NCBI GenBank assembly: GCA_964577595.1 | Contig: CAZNZK010000002.1 | Location: forward strand, 86,163 to 150,162 | Length of the DNA stretch: 64,000 bases | DNA from: an uncultured Candidatus Saccharibacteria bacterium | GTDB taxonomy: Bacteria > Patescibacteriota > Minisyncoccia > Phycocordibacterales > JAKAEA01 | Direction of reading: 5' to 3' | Made by a program: the position numbers and the translations under genes | In this document: in pieces, positions 1 to 9,571 of the stretch | How positions within the stretch are numbered: position 1 is the stretch's first letter | Layout: every line of letters begins with the position of its first letter | The notes under the pieces: model-generated | Told to the model about the DNA's origin: nothing | Seen by the model: only the letters and a program-made list of their open reading frames with translations | Databases searched by the model: none

Positions 1-538
1 GCGTTAGTGATAATTTTTGCAGAGCGTCGCTAGAGAGGGCTCGCATGCCACACAAAGTATCGTCAATCCGCACACCAAAAAGAACGCGAATGACACTAGA
101 AAGAAAACGGTTGCCAACGTAGCGAAGCCCCGACATCGCCCCTAACGGTAAGGTTTTGGCAAAGCGGTTACCGAAAACCAAATCATATCCGGCGGCCAAT
201 TTTTCCAGGTAGGCCGGGATTTCCTGCAAACTATAGGTGCCGTCCATATCCGCCATAATAATGGCCGCACCGTGAGCCTGGCGTAAGCCAGCCTGATAGG
301 CGAAGCCGTATCCCCTCCGCGGCTCCCGAACCAGGCGAAGTTCAGGGAATATTCGGGCAAAACCGATCACTAATTCAGCAGAACGGTCGGTGGAAGCGTT
401 GTCCACCACAATGACTTCAGCTGAAAGTTTGTGAAGCTTGATGACCCGCAACATTTCTTCCAAGCAATACACCACCGACTGCTCTTCGTTGAGGCAAGGG
501 AAAATAATACTGATATCCGGGCGTTTACCTTCCTGCAT
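1..538 (-). CDS. Glycosyltransferase family 2 (DPM-synthase-like), runs off window start
   Basis: Absent from the ORF track. Manual translation from ATG 538 gives MQEGKRPDISIIFPCLNEE...VIVVDNASTD...RGYGFAYQAGL...IIMADMDGTY, which are classic GT2 motifs. Confidence 0.9.
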   Translation of the reverse strand, partial: MQEGKRPDISIIFPCLNEEQSVVYCLEEMLRVIKLHKLSAEVIVVDNASTDRSAELVIGFARIFPELRLVREPRRGYGFAYQAGLRQAHGAAIIMADMDGTYSLQEIPAYLEKLAAGYDLVFGNRFAKTLPLGAMSGLRYVGNRFLSSVIRVLFGVRIDDTLCGMRALSSDALQKLSLT

Positions 539-560
539 AATAGTGGTAAGAATACCACAT

Positions 561-1475
561 ATGCCCGAACTGCCAGAAGTCCAAACGACCGTTGACGGCC
601 TCAATGCCGAAGTGAAAGGCCTCCGCATTACTGCCGTGTGGACCGACTATTTCAGTGCCTTTCATGCTGGCAAGGAAAATATAAAGAATCCAAAATATTT
701 CGCGCGCTTTAAAAAAGAAATCATTGACGCGAAAATCACCGAAGCTGAACGTCAGGGAAAAAACGTGCTCATCCATCTCGGAAATAGCCGCACTATTCTT
801 ATTCATATGAAAATGACCGGACACCTCATGGCTGGCCACTATATTTTTAACGCGAACGAAAAAACCTGGAAACCACGGGCCGCAAAAGGCCCCCTTTTGG
901 ATCCCTTCAACAAATTCATCCACCTTGTGTTCTCCCTCTCCGACAAGCGCCAACTCGTTTTCTCCGACCTCCGCAAATTCGCCAAGATTTTTCTTTTTGA
1001 AACGGCAGATCGCCACATAATTGAAGATTTAATGCACCTCGGCCCCGACCCACTCACCAAAGAATTTACCTTTGCAAAAATGCGAGAACGCCTCGCTCTG
1101 CGCCCTACCGGCAAAATCAAGCAGATTCTCATGGACCAAAAGATAATTTCCGGCATCGGTAATATTTACTCCGACGAAATGCTCTGGAGGGCTGGCATCC
1201 ACCCCCTCTCAGTCGCGGGCAAAATTCCTCTACCCCAACTAAAACGGCTCTACAAAGCGATGAGTGGGGTCCTGCGCAAAGGCATTGATTTCGGTGGCGA
1301 CTCCGACAGTGACTATCGCAACATCTACGGCGAGCGTGGCCAATTTCAGCACAAGCATAATGCCTACCGCCGCACCGGCCTACCATGTCCCAAGAAAGAT
1401 AGTGGCACCATTGCCCGCCTAATGGTCGGCGGCCGAAGCTCGCACTTTTGCGATAAACATCAGCGATGTTACTAA
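561..1475 (+). CDS. mutM: Formamidopyrimidine-DNA glycosylase
   Basis: N-terminal MPELPEV at ATG 561 (true start, inside the longer ORF), HMKMTG, GIGNIYSDE H2TH motif, C-terminal zinc-finger-like segment. Confidence 0.95.
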   Translation: MPELPEVQTTVDGLNAEVKGLRITAVWTDYFSAFHAGKENIKNPKYFARFKKEIIDAKITEAERQGKNVLIHLGNSRTILIHMKMTGHLMAGHYIFNANEKTWKPRAAKGPLLDPFNKFIHLVFSLSDKRQLVFSDLRKFAKIFLFETADRHIIEDLMHLGPDPLTKEFTFAKMRERLALRPTGKIKQILMDQKIISGIGNIYSDEMLWRAGIHPLSVAGKIPLPQLKRLYKAMSGVLRKGIDFGGDSDSDYRNIYGERGQFQHKHNAYRRTGLPCPKKDSGTIARLMVGGRSSHFCDKHQRCY

Positions 1476-2200
1476 TGTGCTGTTTCTTTATAGTCTTCCA
1501 AAATCTTAGAAATGGGTACCCAATTGGTAACAAAAATTTTATAAAGACGGCGGTACGGTGGTGCTTCAAGCTGATAAGGTCCGTCATCAGTATTCTCCGT
1601 CCTGAAATCAATATATTTATAGGTACTAACCTCTGCCTGTACACAATCTCCCCGACGACGAATACTTCCACTTACTCCAGGCCCATCCCCCGTTTCTAAG
1701 TCAAGAGTTTGTATTTCAATTCCATTCGTAATCACTGAATAATTCCAACCCGCACTACTTAGATCAAAAGGAATTTGTACTCCTTCGGAGGAACTTGCCG
1801 TTACGACCTCCCACGCTGTTCCAGTTGCGGAGATATCTGAGGAAGGAATATAATTGTTAGGAGGATGCACAAAAAATATCCGATCTGGTAAAAAAGAGCT
1901 AATATCGGAAGGTGAGAGTGCAACCCAGTGTAAGGCGGCTGACGTCGCCATATTGGTTATATCCGAAAGTTGAGCACGAGTAGAGTCGCCACAAGTAGTA
2001 CTTAAGGTGGTCGTGGTTGTCGCACTAACAGATGGTGAAATTACCCTTTTATGGATTGGCGGTGGCGTAGAATTGTTAATGAGATTTTGCGTGAAATTCT
2101 GTTGGGTATAGAGATAGTATCCACCGCCTACCACGATGACAGTAAGAATGATAAAAAGTACCGGAAGAATAAAACCAGATTGAGTATTATTTTTCACCAT
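1472..2200 (-). CDS. Hypothetical membrane-anchored protein with prepilin-like N-terminus
   Basis: QSG|FILPVLFIIL... resembles a class III signal peptide followed by a TM helix and a Thr/Ser linker. The rest is unrecognised. Confidence 0.6.
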   Translation of the reverse strand: MVKNNTQSGFILPVLFIILTVIVVGGGYYLYTQQNFTQNLINNSTPPPIHKRVISPSVSATTTTTLSTTCGDSTRAQLSDITNMATSAALHWVALSPSDISSFLPDRIFFVHPPNNYIPSSDISATGTAWEVVTASSSEGVQIPFDLSSAGWNYSVITNGIEIQTLDLETGDGPGVSGSIRRRGDCVQAEVSTYKYIDFRTENTDDGPYQLEAPPYRRLYKIFVTNWVPISKILEDYKETAH

Positions 2201-2222
2201 TAGATGGTTGGATTATATCAGA

Positions 2223-2699
2223 TTACACATCCAGCATTCGAAAAAGAGCGATTCCTAAAGCCACAGAAACATTGAGTGACTCTTTCGCGCCGAGCATAGG
2301 AATTTCGGCGACAATATCACACATTTTAAGAATCTCCCGAGGCAAGCCATCTACTTCATTACCTACCACAAAAAGCGTTGGCCCGCTTATAGAAACCTTC
2401 TTATAATCCAGGGCTTTTTTGTCCTGCTCTATGGCAATTATCTGATCGCCTTTTCCCTTACACTCCCTGAGAAAACTCTCAACCCGCGAAACGTGTTGCC
2501 ATTTCAAGGTTTTTTCGGCGCCGAGCGCAGTTTTAACGATTTCTTTAACCGGTCGGCCAAAACGGTCAACAGGCCGGGGTGTTGTGCCACTCAAAAAGAT
2601 CTTCACAACGCCAGCCGCGTCGGCCGTGCGAAACATCGCGCCAACATTATGAGCACTGCGAATGTCGTGCAGTAAAATAGAAACCGTAGGTCTTTTCAC
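2223..2699 (-). CDS. SpoU/TrmH family RNA methyltransferase
   Basis: HDIRSAHNVGAMFRTADA, VVGNEVDG and IPMLGAKESLNVSVA SPOUT motifs. Confidence 0.92.
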   Translation of the reverse strand: MKRPTVSILLHDIRSAHNVGAMFRTADAAGVVKIFLSGTTPRPVDRFGRPVKEIVKTALGAEKTLKWQHVSRVESFLRECKGKGDQIIAIEQDKKALDYKKVSISGPTLFVVGNEVDGLPREILKMCDIVAEIPMLGAKESLNVSVALGIALFRMLDV

Positions 2700-2784
2700 T
2701 GCCCCATCCTACCCTGCCGTGGACTTTTTGCAATTTTCTGGTATTATTTTTGACACGCCAGTTAGTTTTAAAAATGGCTACATC

Positions 2785-2857
2785 GCGCCCATAGCTCAGG
2801 TGGTAGAGCACCTGCCTTTTAAGCAGAGGGTCGCAGGTTCGAGTCCTGCTGGGCGCA
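2785..2857 (+). tRNA. tRNA-Lys(TTT)
   Basis: Acceptor stem GCGCCCA/TGGGCGC, D-loop TGGTA, anticodon loop CTTTTAA, GGTTCGAGTCC T-arm. CCA is not encoded. Confidence 0.95.
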
Positions 2858-2950
2858 CTTTACAGGACGTAGAAAAAATTTGCCATTTGGCCATTTTTGA
2901 GTAGGATAGCTACAGAGTTCCTGATCTTTCCCTTACTTAAGGAGTTAGCG

Positions 2951-3988
2951 ATGACTATCGCCGCCGAAGAACCAGTTGTGCTGCGGGTGCCGGATTTCCT
3001 TAATCCGACCCAGCAGTTGACCATGCCACTCGTAGAAGTGACTGATTCCAACGCCAACCCCTACGCCGCCCGGCCGAACTTGCACGTACGCATCTTTGCC
3101 CAAACCTCGCCGCCACAGAGCATTAAGTTGTTGCCGGCGCTGGAGTGCCTTTCCCGGGCACATGGACAAGGCCTGCTGTTGAACGTCAACACTCTCGTGG
3201 TGCCCACTTCGGGCAATTACGGCATCGCCGTGGCCACGCTTGCGCCGTATTTTGGCATCAAGCATATTGTGGCGATCGTGCCCAACGATATCGCCCCAGG
3301 CAAGCTCAGTCACCTTGAATTGCTCGGCGTCCACTGCATGAAGCCCAACAGGGCACGAGGTGAAACGAGCTCAAGCTTGGCAATAGTCCAGGCCAAGAAG
3401 CCCGACCACTTGCTGTTCGACCAGTACACCGACCCCGGCAACCAAGCCTCGTTCAAGAAATGGCTCGCGCCGAGCATGTGGTACAAAACCGACCACAAAC
3501 TTACCGTTTTTTGCGCCGCCATGGGAAGTTGCGGCACCATTCGCGGCTGCTACGAATACTTCCAAGAATTAACCAGGCCTGTGACGGTCATCGGCGGGGT
3601 GTGCGACTTCAACGACGATGTCCCTGGAGCGCGAAGCGAGCGCCGCTTGAAACAAATCGGCTTCGACTGCAGCAAAGCCCCCTTCCGCTTGGAAGGCGAC
3701 ATTTCGGCCTTGGCGTCGTACAGCACCAGCAAGCTTCTGTGTCAAAGCGGCCTCGTCGCCGGCCCCAGCTCGGGCTTAGCGCACTTCGCACTCTTACGGT
3801 TTCTTAACCGCCATGAACGCGAGGGCACCCTAAACCAATTCCGGAATGACGATGGCGATGTGGTGTGCGCTTTCGTTTGTGCCGATGACCCTCGGTACTA
3901 CACCGACAAATACAGCACACACCTCCCCGACAATGTCGCCCTCTCGTTTATGCAGCTTATGGAAGCGCCGGGCGACTGGTCAATCTAA
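2951..3988 (+). CDS. PLP-dependent cysteine synthase / cystathionine beta-synthase family enzyme (fold type II), divergent
   Basis: SIK (PLP Lys), PTSGNYG, DQYTDPGN, AMGSCGT and AGPSSG motifs. SD AAGGAG precedes ATG 2951. Confidence 0.85.
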   Translation: MTIAAEEPVVLRVPDFLNPTQQLTMPLVEVTDSNANPYAARPNLHVRIFAQTSPPQSIKLLPALECLSRAHGQGLLLNVNTLVVPTSGNYGIAVATLAPYFGIKHIVAIVPNDIAPGKLSHLELLGVHCMKPNRARGETSSSLAIVQAKKPDHLLFDQYTDPGNQASFKKWLAPSMWYKTDHKLTVFCAAMGSCGTIRGCYEYFQELTRPVTVIGGVCDFNDDVPGARSERRLKQIGFDCSKAPFRLEGDISALASYSTSKLLCQSGLVAGPSSGLAHFALLRFLNRHEREGTLNQFRNDDGDVVCAFVCADDPRYYTDKYSTHLPDNVALSFMQLMEAPGDWSI

Positions 3989-4013
3989 CCGAAAGTTCTT
4001 TACAAAGGAAAAT

Positions 4014-4045
4014 AAAAGCGCGGCCCTCGCAGGTCGCGCTTTTTT
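4014..4045. terminator. Bidirectional intrinsic terminator between convergent genes
   Basis: AAAAGCGCGGCC-loop-GGTCGCGCTTTT with flanking A and T tracts. Confidence 0.8.
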
Positions 4046-4062
4046 CTTTGCCCGATTTTCGC

Positions 4063-4479
4063 TTACGATGCCTCCAGGTCCTCTGTTACCACAAACATTT
4101 CGTGGAACAGATCGGCGAGATTATTTGACTTAACGTCGATGATTTTATTCTTGTCATCAACAAACACGACGTTGGCCGCGAGATTTTCATATTCGCCACC
4201 ACTGACCCACGCCTCGGCAAGAATAATGACAACATCACCCTTCTGGAAATGATGGGCCGGCGGCTTGCCGTTGAGGCAAATCTGGCCTTCTTTGCCGAGC
4301 ATGGCATAGGTTTGCCAAGTATCGCCATTACGACAGTTATTGATGATAAGCATCTGACACGGCCTGATGCCGGCAGCTTTCATAATGAGCGGGCAAATAC
4401 TGATGGATCCTTTGTATCCAGGATTCGCCTCGGTAACCGTAGCGTTGTGGATTTTGGCCATGCAAACACGAATATTCAT
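4063..4479 (-). CDS. panD: Aspartate 1-decarboxylase (PanD)-like pyruvoyl enzyme, divergent active site
   Basis: KIHNATVTEA...YKGSISI (Gly-Ser self-cleavage site), TYAM, ICLNG, GDVVII. Start taken at ATG 4479. Confidence 0.8.
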   Translation of the reverse strand: MNIRVCMAKIHNATVTEANPGYKGSISICPLIMKAAGIRPCQMLIINNCRNGDTWQTYAMLGKEGQICLNGKPPAHHFQKGDVVIILAEAWVSGGEYENLAANVVFVDDKNKIIDVKSNNLADLFHEMFVVTEDLEAS

Positions 4480-4569
4480 GGGAATTCCCTTGAAAAAGAA
4501 CAAATGTAACAGACACAGACTGGCACCAAACTACCAGATTTGACAAAATTAGGCAAATTATGTTGAGTT

Positions 4570-5610
4570 TTATTTCGCCGCTTTCCGCACAATACAAAAC
4601 GGGGTCATTTCATCGCTCTGGCCGAGCGGATTATCGCGGAAGAGCTTGCCGATGAATTCCTCGGAAATTTTTCCGGTAGATTTTCCCAAGGAGAAAGCAC
4701 CTCGGTAATTGGCGTCTAGAATAACCGTTTCGCAACCAAGTGCCTCTTGGAAGCGGCGAGCTTCGGCACTTGGCTTATTGGGCGCCAGCTTAGCTGAATG
4801 AGCGTATTCTAAAATAAGAAACGACATTGGGCAGTCGATACTCTTCGCGCGCTTGCCGCAAATTCTGTAAAACATACCGCGAATACCAAACGGCTTCGTT
4901 AGCGCGGAAACTGCGGCCGCAAAAAGAATGCGCGGATAGCCCGTTTCCTCAAGAAAAAGTTGCATGGCCAGAGCCGTACCATGCCCGAAACCATGAAATT
5001 CACTTGAACCATAGTAGTTCCCTACCTTACGAGCCAGGAAGCGCGCTAGCGGTGTTGGCTTAATGGTACCCATATCTACCACGCGCCCTTGAGCTACCGT
5101 CAAAACTTTTTCGCTAATAAAAAGCATGTCGCCCGGTTGTAAATATGGTTGCACGTATTCTTTAAGCACGGAGAGTAAATCGGTATCGTGCAAGGTAATG
5201 GTGCGTGTACGCACGGGCGAGCGTTGGTAAGTTACGCCATCAACGTCAATGACAATTTTTTTACCGGGATTGGCGATGAATTCCGCGGATGGGCGGCGCA
5301 CTGCGGCAATGGGTGCCTCAAACGTAACTTTTTCGCCACGAAAAAGCGCAATGAGTTTTTCAACCGCCGTGCGGATTTGGGTTCGGTCTTGTTTTAGTGC
5401 TGCCCTTGAACGCAACAATTCGGTCACCTCCGTATACAGAATATGCGCCTCGTCAATTCGCTCATTAACAAAAGAAACTTCACTGACAGTTTTGTTATTT
5501 TCAGATAATGCCTTTAAAATGACTGACCCATCTGTTTGTGGTGAATATAAAACACTCAGGCCTGTAGCAGATTTCATGTCTGCGTACGTTAGCGGTTTTT
5601 CTAGCATCAT
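4570..5610 (-). CDS. Coenzyme F420-0:gamma-glutamyl ligase (CofE)-like protein with extra N-terminal domain
   Basis: PVRTRTI...LQPGDMLFISEKVLTVAQGRVV, ILDAN and DNPLGQSDEMTPFCIVR match the CofE-like family. Confidence 0.75.
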   Translation of the reverse strand: MMLEKPLTYADMKSATGLSVLYSPQTDGSVILKALSENNKTVSEVSFVNERIDEAHILYTEVTELLRSRAALKQDRTQIRTAVEKLIALFRGEKVTFEAPIAAVRRPSAEFIANPGKKIVIDVDGVTYQRSPVRTRTITLHDTDLLSVLKEYVQPYLQPGDMLFISEKVLTVAQGRVVDMGTIKPTPLARFLARKVGNYYGSSEFHGFGHGTALAMQLFLEETGYPRILFAAAVSALTKPFGIRGMFYRICGKRAKSIDCPMSFLILEYAHSAKLAPNKPSAEARRFQEALGCETVILDANYRGAFSLGKSTGKISEEFIGKLFRDNPLGQSDEMTPFCIVRKAAK

Positions 5611-5661
5611 TTTACTTTACCAAAAAAAACCCTATAATCAAAGCGTATTCTGGAAAATTAC

Positions 5662-5733
5662 GCTCCTATAGTTTAACGGATAGAACGCTGGCCTCCGAAG
5701 CTGGTGATGCAGGTTCGATTCCTGCTGGGAGCA
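5662..5733 (+). tRNA. tRNA-Arg(CCG)
   Basis: GCTCCTA/TGGGAGC acceptor stem, anticodon loop CTCCGAA, GGTTCGATTCC T-arm. Confidence 0.93.
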
Positions 5734-5795
5734 CACTAAAGGGTACTGCTTAGAAGTTTTAAGCGACCGCGTTTTTAATTCAGCTTCCCGACGAA

Positions 5796-7292
5796 CTACT
5801 CCGCGACGACGCGATGTTCGTGAGTAATGGCGTGTTTCGGCACTCGTATGAGGAGGGCGGCAAAAGCGCCGAGAATAATGACCGTGCCGGCAATTTCAAA
5901 TACTGAAGCGTAACCGGCAACTTGGGCTTTCAAAATAATAAGGCTGGCGAACTGCGCCCTGGCAAGCGGGCCTGTCGCGTTAAGAATGCTCTGCCGCGCG
6001 ATGCGAAGAACATTGGAGTTTATGTTGTTATTAAGAACAGTGCTGAAAATTGCCACGCCGAAAGCGCCGGAAATATTGCGGACAAGAGCAAGCACGGCCG
6101 AAGCTTCACCAATGTCATCCTTCGGCACGGCAACAGCCACGAGATTAGTGCGCTGGGCCATACCGAAGCCAAGGCCAAAAGAAAGCACGCAGAGCGGAAT
6201 GATTATGTCCAACGCGGTTGATCGCGGGTCAATGTGCGAGAGTAAAAACATGCCTATGCCGGCCATAACCGTGCTGGCAAAAATAACATAGGAAGGCTTT
6301 ACTCTACCGATAAGCAGACCACCTAGCGGCGAAGCGGCCATAAGGGCCACTGCCAGCGGAATAAAAAGGTAGCCGGTTTGGGTGGCGTTGTAGCCAAGAA
6401 ACGTTTCGGCAAAAATAGGAATGAGAAAGATCGCGCCAATAAGCGCCATGAAGACGATAAAGTTGTTGATGAGAGTACTCACAAACGTGCCGATTTTGAA
6501 AAAATCCAAATTAATAATCGGTTCAGCTTGATCTTTTTCCACAAAATAGAAAGCGATGGAGAAAATGATAACGATTGCATACCAAAAAGTACTCGCCAGC
6601 GAAAGCCAACCCCAACTCTGGCCCTGATCCAGCACAAGCGTGAGCGCAAAAAGAGCTGCCCCAAGCGTTATGGAACCCCACCAATCAAAACGTACACTGC
6701 GCTTCTCGCCAACCGACTCATTGATGTATTTAAGCGCAAGGAAAAGACCAATAATGCCAAAGGGAATATTAATGATGAATACGGAACGCCAATTAAAACT
6801 ATCAATGAGCGGGCCGCCGATTAATGGGCCAAAAACGGAAGCCACAGCAAACGCGCCCGACCATATGCCGAGAGCTTGAGCACGCTCCTTACCATTTGTA
6901 AAAGTGACCGCAAGAATGGCCATGGCTGTGGGATAGTCGGCCGAAACAGCGAAACCTTGGATAACGCGAAAAACGATCATGGACGAAAGATTCCAAGCAA
7001 TAGCACAGAGCCCTGAAGCGACAATAAAGCCGATGAAGCCGATGAGATAAATGCGCTTGCGGCCAGCAGTATCGCCGAGCTTGCCCCAGACCGGCACAAA
7101 AACCGCATTCGCCAGAATATAGGCGGTGGAAATCCAGGCGGCATTACTGACACTCACGTTGAAATCGCCGATTATTTTTGGCAGAGCCAAATTGACCACG
7201 GTTTGATCTAAACGCCCCAGAAACGTGCCGAAAATAACCGTGACGAGAACTATCCAGCGAAGGCTGTTATTTTGTACTACTGGTATATCCAT
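5796..7292 (-). CDS. DHA2 family (EmrB/QacA) MFS drug efflux permease
   Basis: LDQTVVNLALP, WGKLGDTAGRKR motif A, GPLIGG, WRSVFIINIPFG, about 14 TM segments. Confidence 0.93.
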   Translation of the reverse strand: MDIPVVQNNSLRWIVLVTVIFGTFLGRLDQTVVNLALPKIIGDFNVSVSNAAWISTAYILANAVFVPVWGKLGDTAGRKRIYLIGFIGFIVASGLCAIAWNLSSMIVFRVIQGFAVSADYPTAMAILAVTFTNGKERAQALGIWSGAFAVASVFGPLIGGPLIDSFNWRSVFIINIPFGIIGLFLALKYINESVGEKRSVRFDWWGSITLGAALFALTLVLDQGQSWGWLSLASTFWYAIVIIFSIAFYFVEKDQAEPIINLDFFKIGTFVSTLINNFIVFMALIGAIFLIPIFAETFLGYNATQTGYLFIPLAVALMAASPLGGLLIGRVKPSYVIFASTVMAGIGMFLLSHIDPRSTALDIIIPLCVLSFGLGFGMAQRTNLVAVAVPKDDIGEASAVLALVRNISGAFGVAIFSTVLNNNINSNVLRIARQSILNATGPLARAQFASLIILKAQVAGYASVFEIAGTVIILGAFAALLIRVPKHAITHEHRVVAE

Positions 7293-7933
7293 ACTTTCGC
7301 GGACATACCATTCTTCAATTCAGGATATTGATCGGGGTTGAAACGCACCTTTACGTCAAAATCCTGCTCTTCACGCTGGTCGGAAATATTAAAAACAATG
7401 TCGCTTTGGTGGGAAGTAGCGCTTACTTCGTCAATCACACCAACGTACTTTTTAGAACCGAAGGCATCAACAGTAAACACAACCCTATCCCCCACGTGAA
7501 TACGACTTAAGCCCTTATCCTCCTCAACTTGCGCGTCAACACGCAACTGAGTAGGGTCAATCACCGTAAGCACGGCCTGGCTAGGGGTGAAGAGTGCTCC
7601 AATATCGTTGTTTTCAGAAATAACAATAGAATTTACTGTTGTTTTAATGAGCTGATTTCCAACCTGGGCCACAGCATCGTTAGCTTTTACATAATCACCG
7701 TTATTCACGTATATGGCCTGTAAAGAGCCCGCAGTGGCTGGCGCCAAAGAAATCACTGGCGCGCTAATAACGGCACTGTCGGTGTAAACGCGGGAGTTGG
7801 AGATTCTTACATACAGAAACAGACTGGCCGCGCCTATGAGCGCAATTGAAAATACGATACCCCAAAACGTCCGGTTTTTAAGGAGACTTGCGATTCTTGA
7901 TTTTTTCTGAGGTTGATTGTTTTCTGGAGGCAT
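7277..7933 (-). CDS. EmrA/HlyD-like efflux membrane-fusion protein (short)
   Basis: N-terminal TM, lipoyl-like VNNGDYVK, VDAQVEE...GDRVVFTVDAF, LKNGMSAKV. Confidence 0.85.
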   Translation of the reverse strand: MPPENNQPQKKSRIASLLKNRTFWGIVFSIALIGAASLFLYVRISNSRVYTDSAVISAPVISLAPATAGSLQAIYVNNGDYVKANDAVAQVGNQLIKTTVNSIVISENNDIGALFTPSQAVLTVIDPTQLRVDAQVEEDKGLSRIHVGDRVVFTVDAFGSKKYVGVIDEVSATSHQSDIVFNISDQREEQDFDVKVRFNPDQYPELKNGMSAKVWIYQ

Positions 7934-7946
7934 ATTTTATTGTGCG

Positions 7947-9422
7947 TTATTGTGTTTGACCGAATGTAATAACCTCTTGGTTGACTGAAAGTCCTCCAGT
8001 AACTTCTACCCAGGTACTCATGCCGCTGGCGTCCACACCACGCGCCCCTGTAGTAATCGGTGTTTTCTTGACTACGCCCGCCGCAAGAACAAGTACCGAG
8101 CTTGCGCCGTTGTCATTAAGAACCGCGCTTTCAGGTACAGCCAGCACATCATCGTTTTCGCCGACTACGATATGTGCCGTGGCGCTCATACCATCTCTGA
8201 TACGCGAATCGGCCTGGTCAAATTGAAGGGTCGCTTTATACATACCCGCGCCGCTTATTACCGTTTGACTCTGATCAACACTTATAACCGTTGCCGGGAA
8301 GATGACGGCACTGCCATAAGCCGGAAGAGTGACATTTGCTTCCTGACCAACGGCAATAGTGGCCACGTCGCTCTCGGAAACATACGCGTCAACTTGATAG
8401 GGGGTATTAGAAATAAGATGAATGATCGGCGACGGCACGGCGGCGGAAATAGCCTCACCGACATTGCCCGTTTGAGCGGTAATGACCCCGTCAACTGGCG
8501 CGACAATATCATTTTGAACGATTTCGGTTTGGACGGCAGCAACACTGGCTTGCGCCTGGGCGATTTTTGCCTGCAGAGCGTCGGTATTTTGAGGCGTAGT
8601 GGTGAGGAGAGTGTTGTTAGTCGCGGTAATCTCGGCAGTAGCTGCCGTAAGAAGCGTCGTAGCCGCATTCATGGTTGCCAAGTCACCAGTGACCGTAGCC
8701 TGCACTGAAGAAGGCGCGAGCTGAGCAAAGGCGGTAACGGCTAATGAAAGGTTATTCATAAACCCCGTAATTGTGGCTATATAATTTTTCGCATCAGAAA
8801 CAAGGGCTTCCGCCGAGGTAGAGCTGGCAGTTTTCAATTCTGCCGCCCAAGCGTTAAGCGCTTTGTGCGACATAACGTCGCCTGTTTCGATTTGAATTTC
8901 CTGGCCCTGTGTTTGTGTAGAAATAAGTAAACCGGGATTACCCAACGATTGCGGATTGGAAAAGAACGTGTCCGAATCGTTTTCAACGGCATTGACGGCT
9001 TTAGTGTAGGCATCGGCCACTGCGGCCACCGCATTCCTTTCCGCATTAGTATAACCAATAGTAACCGAGGTGTTATTGTCCGCCCAATTAGCCTTGGCTC
9101 CGGCAAGTGCGGCTTGAGCAGCCTCCAACTGAACATTCAGACTATTTTGGTTAAGTTCAGCCAAAATCTCCCCCTTCTTAACAGAATCGCCCACAGCCAC
9201 GTTAATGGCGCTAATCTGCCCCGACTGCTGAAATCCCAAATCAACTTCTGTTCCTGCAGTTATCATACCGTCGGCGCTTACTATATGTCGAAGATTTATA
9301 GTATGATCGACAATTGTGCTGTACAAAGACACATCCGGCTTAGGCAACGCAAAAAGAGCGTACGCGATAATCGCACAAGCAATAACCATGGAAGTAGCTA
9401 TAGTGAGAATCTGATTTTTCAT
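7947..9422 (-). CDS. RND/MacA-type efflux adaptor (membrane fusion protein) with long helical hairpin
   Basis: GQISAINVAVGDSVKKGEILAEL, IVAPVDGVI, VSESDV, DGMSATA, VLAVPESAV. Confidence 0.88.
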   Translation of the reverse strand: MKNQILTIATSMVIACAIIAYALFALPKPDVSLYSTIVDHTINLRHIVSADGMITAGTEVDLGFQQSGQISAINVAVGDSVKKGEILAELNQNSLNVQLEAAQAALAGAKANWADNNTSVTIGYTNAERNAVAAVADAYTKAVNAVENDSDTFFSNPQSLGNPGLLISTQTQGQEIQIETGDVMSHKALNAWAAELKTASSTSAEALVSDAKNYIATITGFMNNLSLAVTAFAQLAPSSVQATVTGDLATMNAATTLLTAATAEITATNNTLLTTTPQNTDALQAKIAQAQASVAAVQTEIVQNDIVAPVDGVITAQTGNVGEAISAAVPSPIIHLISNTPYQVDAYVSESDVATIAVGQEANVTLPAYGSAVIFPATVISVDQSQTVISGAGMYKATLQFDQADSRIRDGMSATAHIVVGENDDVLAVPESAVLNDNGASSVLVLAAGVVKKTPITTGARGVDASGMSTWVEVTGGLSVNQEVITFGQTQ

Positions 9423-9571
9423 TGGCTCAATGGCGTCAAGTATACCACCTGCACTAAACTGCGCTTCTCGCTCGTAGTACTAGCACGAGGAGAGTTCTTT
9501 AATTTTTCAGAACCATCCCCTTTAAATTAATAAAAAATTCACCAAAACACAAATAAGGACGTAAAACAACT

